Origin: Actinomycetota bacterium
Lineage (GTDB): Bacteria; Actinomycetota; Acidimicrobiia; Spongiisociales; UBA5794
Assembly: GCA_039715165.1 (NCBI GenBank)
Contig: JBDLHX010000001.1
Span: forward strand, 298-64,297
Direction of reading: 5' to 3'
DNA length: 64,000 bases
Every line of letters begins with the position of its first letter. Positions within the stretch are counted from its first letter, which is position 1. Shown here in pieces: positions 28,527 to 37,167 of the stretch. The translations under genes were made by a program, and so were the position numbers. Below the pieces are notes generated by a model. It searched no databases. It was not told where the DNA came from and worked only from the letters and a program-made list of their open reading frames with translations.

Positions 28527-29931
28527 ACCCGCCCAGGCGATAGGCGGCGACAACCTGGTCGAGGCGGTGAACGCTGCTGCGCACGCCGCCGGCGTACGCA
28601 ATGGAATGCGGAGAAGCGAAGCGGAGGGGATCTGCCCGCTCGTCGTCACGATCGAGCGGGATCCTTCTGCCGAGATGGTCGCGTTCGAGCAAGTCGTTCT
28701 CGCCATCGAGGGTCTCATCCCGAAGGTCGAAGTCGTTGAACCAGGGCTCGTCTTCGCCCCGGTGGCCGGTGCCGTCGGCTACTACGGAGGTGAGACTCCG
28801 CTTGTGGAGCGTGTCGTGAAGGAGGTCGATCGAGTCGCCGGCCCCGGCTTCCGGATCGGCCTCGCAGATGGCCCGTTCACGGCGAAGCACGCGGCATCCG
28901 TTGCGACCGGCGATCCGCCGGTCCTCATCGTCGAGGATGACGCCGCGTTCCTTGCATCGCTCGACATCTCGGCGGTCGGTCGTGAGGAGCTCGTTGCGAC
29001 GTTCCGCTGGCTCGGGATCACGACGCTCGGAGAGCTTGCCCAACTCCCCGGGAGCGCCATCACATCCCGCTTCGGGTCCGAAGGCTTCAACGCCCATCGC
29101 CTCGCGTCGGGTGGGGACCGGGCGGTGTCGGCGCGCAGCATTCCCGCTGACCTGACGGTGTCGGAGCGATTCATTCCACCGCTCGAAGACCTCGATCAGG
29201 CCTCGTTCGCCGCTCGAGCGATGGCCGCTCGACTCATCGGCGCTCTCTCCGCGGTCGGCACAACTCCGTTTCAGATCGTGGTGGAGGCCGAAGCAGCAGA
29301 TGGCACAACACGATCGCGGACGTGGAGGAGCACCGACCCGTTCGACGACCGGGCGATTGCCGATCGGGTTCGGTGGCAGCTCCGCGCATGGATCGAGGGC
29401 GTCGGGGCCGGGATTCGGGGTGGGCTGGCTGCGCTCCGGATCGAGCCTGCCGACCTCTCGGGAACGGGGAGACAGCTCGCGATCGGAGAGGACTCGCGTG
29501 CAGCGGAGGAGACCGAGCGTGCCTTCACCGAGACCCAGGCGATCGTGGGCAGGGACGCGCTCCTGCAAGCTCAGCCTCAAGGTGGGCGCGAGCCTCGCGA
29601 CCGGATCGCCTGGCACCGGTGGGGTGAGCAACCGGTCCGGCAACGAGATTCCGAGGCGCCGTGGCTTGGCCGGATCCCTGCGCCTTCGCCGGCGCTCGTG
29701 CCTCCCGAACCTCGTCCGTTCCATGTGGATTGGGACGGGGGGATGCCGGTGAGAGTTCGACTCGGGAGCCGCTGGGTGACGGTCCGATCCTGGGCCGGCC
29801 CGTGGCGAAGAGTGGGGCGCTGGTGGAGGGGAGAGGAGCCGACGGATCAGTATCAGATCGTCACGTCGGCCGGGGCATTCCTCTGTGACGTCAGAGATGG
29901 TCAGACGTGGCTGGTGGGGATCTATGACTAA
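28459..29931 (+). CDS. imuB: ImuB (catalytically dead Y-family polymerase-like mutasome subunit)
   Basis: N-terminus LCVWYPEWPL...AAGVRNGMRRSEAEGICPLVVTIERDP parallels the mycobacterial ImuB N-terminus (the LALWCMDWP...RGLRRREAAARCP pattern). Y-family palm-like region without an intact acidic triad. GGAGGA RBS; overlaps imuA' by 68 nt. Confidence 0.8.
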   Translation: MARTLCVWYPEWPLRRPGVPQDEPAQAIGGDNLVEAVNAAAHAAGVRNGMRRSEAEGICPLVVTIERDPSAEMVAFEQVVLAIEGLIPKVEVVEPGLVFAPVAGAVGYYGGETPLVERVVKEVDRVAGPGFRIGLADGPFTAKHAASVATGDPPVLIVEDDAAFLASLDISAVGREELVATFRWLGITTLGELAQLPGSAITSRFGSEGFNAHRLASGGDRAVSARSIPADLTVSERFIPPLEDLDQASFAARAMAARLIGALSAVGTTPFQIVVEAEAADGTTRSRTWRSTDPFDDRAIADRVRWQLRAWIEGVGAGIRGGLAALRIEPADLSGTGRQLAIGEDSRAAEETERAFTETQAIVGRDALLQAQPQGGREPRDRIAWHRWGEQPVRQRDSEAPWLGRIPAPSPALVPPEPRPFHVDWDGGMPVRVRLGSRWVTVRSWAGPWRRVGRWWRGEEPTDQYQIVTSAGAFLCDVRDGQTWLVGIYD

Positions 29932-29937
29932 CAATGA

Positions 29938-30013
29938 GGAGTAGAGAGACAAGAGTAGAGAGTAGAGAGACCCGTCGGGCCTTCTCTCTTCTCTCTACTT
30001 TCTACTCTCTACT
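29938..30013. repeat. GTAGAGAG-type inverted-repeat hairpin element between convergent imuB and plsC
   Basis: gagtagagagacaagagtagagagtagagagac - cccgtcgggcc - ttctctcttctctctactttctactctctact; the arms are imperfect reverse complements. The element provides the plsC TAG stop (cta at 30009-30011). Confidence 0.6.
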
Positions 30014-30746
30014 GGTTCCTCAGTTCGTCGTAGACCTCGCCCATCTGAGCTCGGAGGGCGTCGGTCACCGAACCAACCCTGTTCGGAGGAATGTCATCGG
30101 TCGGGATCGGGGGGAAGATCCGGACACGAACGCGCCCCGGGTAGATGAGCGGAGACTCCGGGGGATTGATGTCGAACGTCCCGGCGATCACCACCGGGAG
30201 GAGATCCGCCTCGTTGTCGATCGCGATGCGAACGGCGCCTCTGCGGAAGTCGGACATCTCGCCGTCTCTGCTCCGAGTGCCTTCAGCGAAGACCATGAGC
30301 GAGTAGCCCCGGCGATACGTCTCTCGTGCCGCGGCGTTGATCGCCGCATGCACCGATCGGCCACCGTCCCGGTCGATCCTGACGATGCCGGCGAAGTCCA
30401 TGGCGGGACCGAGCAATGGGATCTTGTAGATCTCCTTCTTCGCGAGGAACCGGATCGGCGTGGGGATCGAGCGGAAGAGAACCGGGATGTCGAAGTTCGA
30501 TATGTGATTCGACACGACGACGTAGTGGCGATCCGGATCGACATGCTCGGCCCCCTCCACCGTCATCTCGAGCGGTGGGATGCGCAGGAAGTAGGCGGCC
30601 CATCGCTGGATCGTCTCCTCGATCTTGGAAGAGTCCGGATTCCGTCTCCCGACCCAAATGACATGTGCGGAGGCGGCCAGTGTGTAGAAGAAGAAGAGGG
30701 GCACGAGGACGATCGTGCGGAGAGCGGCGGAGAGCATGCGAACCAT
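30009..30746 (-). CDS. plsC: 1-acyl-sn-glycerol-3-phosphate acyltransferase
   Basis: NHISNFD (HX4D) and FAEGTRS motifs. Start assigned to ATG 30746 (MVRMLSAAL..., hydrophobic N-terminus); the ORF-track extension to 30878 is discarded. Confidence 0.8.
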   Translation of the reverse strand: MVRMLSAALRTIVLVPLFFFYTLAASAHVIWVGRRNPDSSKIEETIQRWAAYFLRIPPLEMTVEGAEHVDPDRHYVVVSNHISNFDIPVLFRSIPTPIRFLAKKEIYKIPLLGPAMDFAGIVRIDRDGGRSVHAAINAAARETYRRGYSLMVFAEGTRSRDGEMSDFRRGAVRIAIDNEADLLPVVIAGTFDINPPESPLIYPGRVRVRIFPPIPTDDIPPNRVGSVTDALRAQMGEVYDELRNQ

Positions 30747-30783
30747 GGCGGGGTAGCGTAGCGACCGGGGAGGGTGGAGCACG

Positions 30784-31989
30784 GTGACGAAGCGAACACT
30801 GACGAACGACCAGGCACGACGGATTGCGCTTGCTGCACAGGGCTTCACGACTCCGAGGCCTACAGGGCGAGTCGACATTCGTCACTTCCGCCGGGTCTTC
30901 GACAAGATCGGGCTGCTCCAGCTCGACTCGGTCAATGTGCTCGAGCGATCCCACTACCTGCCGCTGTTCTCTCGCCTCGGACCGTATAGTCGCGCCGCGT
31001 TCCACCGCTGGTCGACGACGTCGGGTGAGCTGTTCGAGTACTGGGCCCACGAGGCCTCGCTCGTCCCCGTCGCCCACTACCCGACGTACCGATTCCGCAT
31101 GGACGGCATGAAGCCGTGGCGCAGCATCAGAGAGCTGGAGGAGCACCGCCCCGGCTACATCGACTCCGTTCTCGACGAGGTCACCGAGCACGGACCGCTG
31201 ACCGCGTCGGACCTCATCGATCCAGGGGAGCGCGGTGGTCCCTGGTGGGGGTATGCCCCGGGGAAGCAGGCGCTCGAGTGGCTCTTCGCTTCCGGGCGCG
31301 TCACCGCGTACCGCACACCGTCGTTCGGTCGGATCTATGACGTGCCGGAACGGATCATCTCGCCGCAGGAGCGCGAGACACCCGCGCCGAGTCGTCTCGA
31401 TGCGTACCGTTCGCTTCTCCTCGACGCGGCGAGGCACCACGGCATCGGCACGGAGGCCGACCTCGCCGACTACCACCGGCTCCACAAGCCAACCGCTCGA
31501 TCGGTACTCGCGGATCTCGCGATCGAGGGGGCGCTCACACCCGTGCACGTTGACGGGTGGCGGCATCTCGCGTACTTGCATCCCGAGGCCGTCCTTCCGA
31601 GACGGCCGGCCGGTACGGCGCTGCTCAGCCCATTCGACTCGCTCGTGTGGAATCGAGACCGGATCGAGCGGATCTTCGGCTTTCGCTACCGAATCGAGAT
31701 CTACGTTCCCAAGGACAAGCGCATCTACGGCTACTACGTCCTTCCGTTCCTCCTCGACGGGGAGCTCGTCGCTCGGGTGGATCTCAAGGCCGATCGTGCT
31801 CGGGGACGGCTCCTCGTTCAGGCCGCCCACTTCGAGCCCGACCGCGACGGTTCCCGGGTAGCGGCGGCACTTGCCGGCGAGCTCGAGACGATGTCGGAGT
31901 GGCTCGGTCTCGGCGAAGTCCACGTCGCCGAGGTGGGCGACCTCTCGGCTCTGCTCCGAAGCGCGCTGGCATCCCGTTCCCCCTGTTGA
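30784..31989 (+). CDS. YcaQ/AlkZ-family winged-helix DNA glycosylase (interstrand-crosslink unhooking), YcaQ-like subtype
   Basis: GTG start. HTH_42/DUF1006-like architecture with an N-terminal Q-hydrophobic-D motif (GLLQLDSVNV), as in the YcaQ-like branch (AlkZ-like proteins have Q-x-Q). FEYWAHEAS and WGY conserved blocks. Confidence 0.65.
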   Translation: MTKRTLTNDQARRIALAAQGFTTPRPTGRVDIRHFRRVFDKIGLLQLDSVNVLERSHYLPLFSRLGPYSRAAFHRWSTTSGELFEYWAHEASLVPVAHYPTYRFRMDGMKPWRSIRELEEHRPGYIDSVLDEVTEHGPLTASDLIDPGERGGPWWGYAPGKQALEWLFASGRVTAYRTPSFGRIYDVPERIISPQERETPAPSRLDAYRSLLLDAARHHGIGTEADLADYHRLHKPTARSVLADLAIEGALTPVHVDGWRHLAYLHPEAVLPRRPAGTALLSPFDSLVWNRDRIERIFGFRYRIEIYVPKDKRIYGYYVLPFLLDGELVARVDLKADRARGRLLVQAAHFEPDRDGSRVAAALAGELETMSEWLGLGEVHVAEVGDLSALLRSALASRSPC

Positions 31990-32036
31990 CAAATGCCCCT
32001 TGCGGCCCGGAGCGATTGCGGGTGTCATTGAGGTGA

Positions 32037-35000
32037 ATGGATTTCAGAATCCTGGGTCCTCTCGAGGTGTCCGCCGGGGACGGACCGCTGAGGCTGGGCG
32101 GGCGCAGGCAGCGCACCGTACTCGCGGTGCTGCTGCTCAACGCGAACCGAACGACCCCAACGGAGCAGATCGTTGACCTCGTGTGGGGCGAGGATCCGCC
32201 TCCCACCGCGCGGCGGTCGAGCCAGGTCTATGTCTCTCGTCTGCGGCAGGTTCTCGGCATCGACCGGATCGAGTCGGTCGAACCGGGCTATCGCCTTCTG
32301 ATTGAAGACGGCGAACTCGACGCTGATCTATTCGAACAGGCAGTCTCCACGGCGAGAACCGCAGCGCGAGTCGATCCGGGTCGTGCTCTTCGCTCCTACG
32401 ACGAGGCGCTCGCGATGTGGCGCGGCACGACGCTTGCCGACCTCGTGGGCGATTCGGAGATAGCGGCGCGGGCGCGGCCTCTCGACGAGGCACGCCTCGC
32501 GGCAATCGAGGAGCGTTTTGACGTGGCGATCGCTCTCGGACGTTTCGACGAGACCGTCTCAGGACTCGAGGAGTGCCTCGGCGATCACCCATATCGGGAG
32601 CGGTTCTGGGCCCAGCTGATGATTGCGCTGTATCGAACCGGCCGCCAGGCCGACGCCCTACGAGCGTTCACGCGGGCCCGCACACGGCTCGTCACTGATC
32701 TCGGCATCGAGCCTTCCGCCGACCTGAGGGACGTCGAGGAGCGAATCCTGAACCAGGATCCGAGTCTCGTCGACAAGAGCGGGGGAGTGAGCCGTCCGGC
32801 CGACCGAGTGCAGCGCAACCCCTACAAGGGTCTCCACGCTTTCACGGAGGGCGATACGCGCGACTTTTTCGGAAGGGGGAGGCTCGTCGACACGATCCTC
32901 GACCGGATCGATCGCGGGAACCGGGTTGTCGCCATTCTGGGGCCGAGTGGTTCCGGCAAGTCCAGCGTCATCAACGCCGGCGTGATCCCGGCCTTGCGTC
33001 GTCGTGGGGCGGACCGGGGCCCGACACCAACGATTCTCCGCATGGAACCGGGGGAACACCCCTTCGAGGCGCTCGAACTGGCGATCGCAACCGCTGGGCA
33101 CGTCGCGTCCGGTACATTGCTCGACGTACTGGAGTCCGGTCCCCAGGGTATCGGAGAGATCCTGTGCGGCGGCATCGACGGTCCGACCGTTCTCGTCGTG
33201 GATCAGTTCGAGGATCTGTTCACCGTCACCGATCCAACAGTGCGTGACCAGTTCATCGAGGGGATTGCTCGAGCCTCGATGTGCGCCGACGGAGATCTGA
33301 CGCTCATCGTGGCTCTGCGAGCCGATTTCTACGACCGGCCGCTCGGCTACGCGGCGCTTGCCGAGCCATTCGTGCGCGGAATGGTGAGCGTGACCCCGCT
33401 CTCAGAAGACGAGATTCGCGAGGTGATCGTCGAGCCCGCGACCGGGGTCGGTGTGAAGGTCGAACCGGACCTCGTCACGCTGCTGACCGGCGTCATGCTC
33501 GAAGCCCCGGCTGCTCTTCCTCAGCTCCAGTTCGTGCTCATGCGGCTCTTCGAGTCCCGCGACGGAAGTCGCATCACTATGGAGGAGTACGAGGCGGAGG
33601 GAGGAATCGACGGCATCCTCGCACGACGCGCAGAAGCCGCATACCTGGCGCTATCGCGAGCCGAGCGCGATGTCGCTCGACAGGTGTTCTTCAGGCTCGT
33701 GACGTACGGAACCACGGGCGCTGCAACTCGGCGTCACGCTCCGCTCGACGAGGTCACAGCGCTCGGGCCGTCGGCGCCTGCGGTGCTCGACCGCTTCGGG
33801 GAGGATCGGCTCATCGGATTCGACCGGGATCCCGTGACACGTCTCGCGACCGTAGCCCTCGTCCACGAGGCGCTCATCCGCGACTGGGGACGGCTGCAAT
33901 CCTGGATCGCGCTTGCACAGGCCGACCTCCAACTTCGCGACTCACTCGACTTCGAGGTCCGAACGTGGGTCGAGTCGGGGCGCGATCGGGACTTCCTTCT
34001 GACTGGGAGCCGTCTCGAGCAGTACGAGGAGTGGAGAGGGCGTGCAAAGCTCGTTCTCACGGCGAGCGAGGCGGAGTTCCTCGATGCAAGCGAGGAACGA
34101 CGCGACGCTGAAACTCATGCAGAGACCGTCCGGGTCGAGCAGGTCCAGGCGCTGGAGGAGAGCGCCCATCGACGGGCGATTGCGCTGTCGGTCGTCATGT
34201 CAATAGCGGCAATCGTGGCAGCAATCCTCGCCTTCTTCGCGGTCGCTCAGGGCCGTACGGCGTCGCGCAATGCCGCCGAGGCGCAGCAATTCGCCGCGGT
34301 GTCGGAGCAGGATCGGAAGATCGCGAGAGCCTCTGAGGCTCGGGCGTTCGCTTCGGCGCTCACTCATGCTTCAACCGCAAGTCTCGAGACGGATCCGGAA
34401 CGCAGCGTCCTCCTCGCGCTCCACGCGGTGAGGGTGCTCGATGCCGAAGCGCAACCGGTCGATGCCCACACGATCGAGTCCCTCCACCTCGCCACCCAGG
34501 CGGCCGGTGTGCGATATCCGGCAGAGCCCGGTCCGATCGTCATCCTGGACGGCCCGACCGGAGCGGTCGGGTCATTCGATCTGCCCCTTGGAGATCTCGT
34601 CGGTCTGGCACACGCCCTCGTGAACCGGTCGCTCAGCACCGGAGAATGCGTTGAGTTCTTCGGCACGCAGCAGTGTCCCGAACTCCCTGAGACACTGAGC
34701 GAAGCGACCGCCTCAACCCGAATGGCGTGGGAGCCGGCTGATCCAGAGCGAGCACTTGCAGGAACGAGCGTTCGCGTGCTCAGCCCTTGGTCGGAGACGG
34801 ACGGCGTTGCCTTTGCCGGGGATCTCGCTCGATTCACGTCGCGCACAGGGATCGGCGTGTCGATCGCCTCTCCCAGTCTCGAGAGTGCGGATTCCACACT
34901 GGACTACGACGTCATCGGGCTCGCGCAACCGGCATGGTTGGACGATGCTCTCTCCGAACGGCTCGTCTCTCTTGATGCGTACCTCGATTCCGGTGAGACG

Positions 35001-35966
35001 GGGGAGCAGCACTACCCGTACCTTCTCTCGCTCATGGAGGTGGGGGGAACGCTCAAGGGGATCCCGATCGCGGTCACCCCCAAGAGCCTCGTGTGGTATC
35101 CGGCCGATGCCTTTGCCGATGCCGGTTATGCGGTACCGACCGATTGGCAGGGTCTCATGGACTTGACCGGCGAGATGATCGCCGACGGGCACACACCGTG
35201 GTGCCTCGCCGAGGCCTCACCGGGAGGAGACGCTTGGCCGGCCACCGACTTCGTCGAGGACCTCGTACTTCATGAAGCCGGCCCGGGCGTCTACGACCAA
35301 TGGGCCGCGGGCGAGATCTCGTTCGCGAGCGGGGAGATCAGGAGTGCATTCGAGCGGTTCGGTGACATCGTCTTCATGGACAACGCGTTGTACGGAGGCA
35401 TGACCCACGCTCTCGTGACGAGATTCTCAGATGGCCTCGTCCCGATGGTGTCGAATCCCCCCGGCTGCTGGCTCTACCACCAGGGTGCGATGGTCCTCAC
35501 GGCGCTTCCGAGTGAAGCGCAGGCGTATGGCAGCATCGGCTTCTTCCCGACGCCGGCGGTCCACCCGGAGCACGCGAACACCATGCTCGGGAGCGCTGTC
35601 TTCGCGTCGGCGGTCGCGGATCGGCCGGAGGTGCGAGAGCTGATCCGCTTCCTCGCGAGCCGGCAATTCGGCGTCGCCTTCGCGCAATCGAACGATTCAT
35701 CATTCATTGCCGCGAATCGGTCGTTCGACGAGGGCTTCTACGGCAATGGGACGAGGTACGAGCTCGCGGTCGTGACCCATCGGGCGCTCGAGGACGACGT
35801 CTTCAGATATGACGGATCGGCGCTCATGGGCATCGAGCCCGAATTCCGGCGGGCCATGTTCTCGTATCTCGTGCGTGGGAGCAGCGACCCGGATTCGATC
35901 CTCCGAATCCTCGACGTGGCCCGTGAAGGCGGAGCGGAGCCGGAACCCCCTGCAAACGGCGAGTGA
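32037..35966 (+). CDS. large one-component regulator: SARP (OmpR-type winged helix + BTAD) - STAND NTPase - single TM helix - extracytoplasmic solute-binding-protein-like domain
   Basis: aa 1-250 SARP/AfsR-type (MDFRILGPLEV...QVYVSRLRQVLG; BTAD helices). aa ~270-700 STAND NTPase with NPYKGLHAFTEGDTRDFFGRG and P-loop GPSGSGKSS. One hydrophobic helix IALSVVMSIAAIVAAILAFFAVA at about nt 34180-34250. C-terminal ~400 aa resemble family-1 ABC substrate-binding proteins (VWYPADAFADAGYAVPTDWQGLMDL...). Confidence 0.75.
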   Translation: MDFRILGPLEVSAGDGPLRLGGRRQRTVLAVLLLNANRTTPTEQIVDLVWGEDPPPTARRSSQVYVSRLRQVLGIDRIESVEPGYRLLIEDGELDADLFEQAVSTARTAARVDPGRALRSYDEALAMWRGTTLADLVGDSEIAARARPLDEARLAAIEERFDVAIALGRFDETVSGLEECLGDHPYRERFWAQLMIALYRTGRQADALRAFTRARTRLVTDLGIEPSADLRDVEERILNQDPSLVDKSGGVSRPADRVQRNPYKGLHAFTEGDTRDFFGRGRLVDTILDRIDRGNRVVAILGPSGSGKSSVINAGVIPALRRRGADRGPTPTILRMEPGEHPFEALELAIATAGHVASGTLLDVLESGPQGIGEILCGGIDGPTVLVVDQFEDLFTVTDPTVRDQFIEGIARASMCADGDLTLIVALRADFYDRPLGYAALAEPFVRGMVSVTPLSEDEIREVIVEPATGVGVKVEPDLVTLLTGVMLEAPAALPQLQFVLMRLFESRDGSRITMEEYEAEGGIDGILARRAEAAYLALSRAERDVARQVFFRLVTYGTTGAATRRHAPLDEVTALGPSAPAVLDRFGEDRLIGFDRDPVTRLATVALVHEALIRDWGRLQSWIALAQADLQLRDSLDFEVRTWVESGRDRDFLLTGSRLEQYEEWRGRAKLVLTASEAEFLDASEERRDAETHAETVRVEQVQALEESAHRRAIALSVVMSIAAIVAAILAFFAVAQGRTASRNAAEAQQFAAVSEQDRKIARASEARAFASALTHASTASLETDPERSVLLALHAVRVLDAEAQPVDAHTIESLHLATQAAGVRYPAEPGPIVILDGPTGAVGSFDLPLGDLVGLAHALVNRSLSTGECVEFFGTQQCPELPETLSEATASTRMAWEPADPERALAGTSVRVLSPWSETDGVAFAGDLARFTSRTGIGVSIASPSLESADSTLDYDVIGLAQPAWLDDALSERLVSLDAYLDSGETGEQHYPYLLSLMEVGGTLKGIPIAVTPKSLVWYPADAFADAGYAVPTDWQGLMDLTGEMIADGHTPWCLAEASPGGDAWPATDFVEDLVLHEAGPGVYDQWAAGEISFASGEIRSAFERFGDIVFMDNALYGGMTHALVTRFSDGLVPMVSNPPGCWLYHQGAMVLTALPSEAQAYGSIGFFPTPAVHPEHANTMLGSAVFASAVADRPEVRELIRFLASRQFGVAFAQSNDSSFIAANRSFDEGFYGNGTRYELAVVTHRALEDDVFRYDGSALMGIEPEFRRAMFSYLVRGSSDPDSILRILDVAREGGAEPEPPANGE

Positions 35967-36021
35967 CGCGAATCGGCCACCGGAGATCCGGTGGCCGATT
36001 CCGCGCTGTCCCGATACCGAG

Positions 36022-37047
36022 CTACTCGAGTTCTTGTTCGAGCACGCCGGTCGGGATGAGCCCGGAGGCAACCCCTCGCATGAAATCAAGTTCTTCCGTG
36101 CTGAGGGCCGAGCTCAGGTGCTTTCCACTGATGAGTGCATTGACTTCCGGGCTGATCGATGCGCTGCCGATGGCAGAGAAGTCGAAGCCACTGAAGGCTG
36201 CCATTTCGTCATCGAGGACGCCGGTGGGCAGGCGACCCGTCGCGGCGGCCTGCATCAGGTCGAACTCGGCGGCGCTGATCACTGTGCCGAACTGTTCGCC
36301 GGCGATGAGGGCGTTGACCGTCGGGCTCAGAGACTCCGATCCGACCCTTGCCGAGTAGTCATATCCGCTGATCACTGCAGCCTCGTCCTCGAGAACACCT
36401 GTCGGTGCCCAGCCGCTCACGGTGGCCCGCATGAGGTCCATCTCCTCAGTGGTGAGGGCCGACGCGATGTGGGCGCCTGCATACCCAAGCGACGCCTCAT
36501 CTCTCAGAACGTCCTTCGGGAGGAAGCCGGTGGCGGCCTCGCTCATGAGGGTGAGCTCTTCTCCGCTGAGGATGGAGGCGACGTGGCCGGACGCGACGCC
36601 GACGCTGAACTCGTCTTGCAGCGCGCCGGTGGGGACGAGCCCGGTCGCGGCCTCGTTCATGAGAGCGAGCTCCTGGAGGCTGAGGGCCGAGGTGACGTGC
36701 TCCGGCTCGACGCCGACGCTGAACTCGTCTTGCAGCACGCCGGTGGGGACGAGACCGGTCGCGGCCTCGTTCATGATTGCCAGCTCTTGCATCGACAGAT
36801 GCGACTCCACAATCGGGCCCGGAATCGCCGGAGCGATGGGCGCAACAGCGACAGGAGGCGCAACCTCGGGTGCCGGCGCCGGCGCAGGAGCGGCCGGTAT
36901 TTCGGTAACTGGGCGATCCGAAGCAATCCACGCGATGGCGGCGATGCCGACTGCGGTGATTGCAAGAACTGCAAGCAGCACAACCCAGCGCTGGGGTTCC
37001 CTCGGTCCTACGGTGGCGACGCCACCATGTCCTGGGGCGGTGGTCAT
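36022..37047 (-). CDS. membrane-anchored repeat protein (6 x ~37-aa novel repeats)
   Basis: N-terminal TM (WVVLLAVLAITAVGIAAIAWIA), APAPAP linker, then repeats of the form S..EL.LM.EAATGLVPTGVL.DE.SVG. At DNA level there are near-identical ~111-bp tandem repeats around 36605-36830. The overlapping + strand ORF 35809-37137 is R/S/P-rich and rejected. Confidence 0.6.
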   Translation of the reverse strand: MTTAPGHGGVATVGPREPQRWVVLLAVLAITAVGIAAIAWIASDRPVTEIPAAPAPAPAPEVAPPVAVAPIAPAIPGPIVESHLSMQELAIMNEAATGLVPTGVLQDEFSVGVEPEHVTSALSLQELALMNEAATGLVPTGALQDEFSVGVASGHVASILSGEELTLMSEAATGFLPKDVLRDEASLGYAGAHIASALTTEEMDLMRATVSGWAPTGVLEDEAAVISGYDYSARVGSESLSPTVNALIAGEQFGTVISAAEFDLMQAAATGRLPTGVLDDEMAAFSGFDFSAIGSASISPEVNALISGKHLSSALSTEELDFMRGVASGLIPTGVLEQELE

Positions 37048-37167
37048 GATCTGCCTCCCTTCTTCTCCGTCGTGGCTGATCCAACCATTGGCGCAATCGT
37101 GGGGGAGGCGTGTAGCACGCGCGCTGCAGACGTGTAGCAGGCCGGCTACGGGTTCTGCGATCGAGGT

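Noticed and set aside
28402-29952. 516-aa minus-strand ORF antisense to imuB. Similar long antisense or alternative-frame ORFs occur at 30283-32028 (-), 35809-37137 (+), 38432-40180 (-), 20929-22266 (+), 16197-17657 (-), 25636-26880 (-) and 53416-54585 (-)
   Set aside because: They are Arg/Pro/Ala/Gly-rich, low-complexity, and lack motifs. They entirely overlap well-supported genes on the other strand or frame. This is typical stop-codon-poor antisense frames in high-GC DNA
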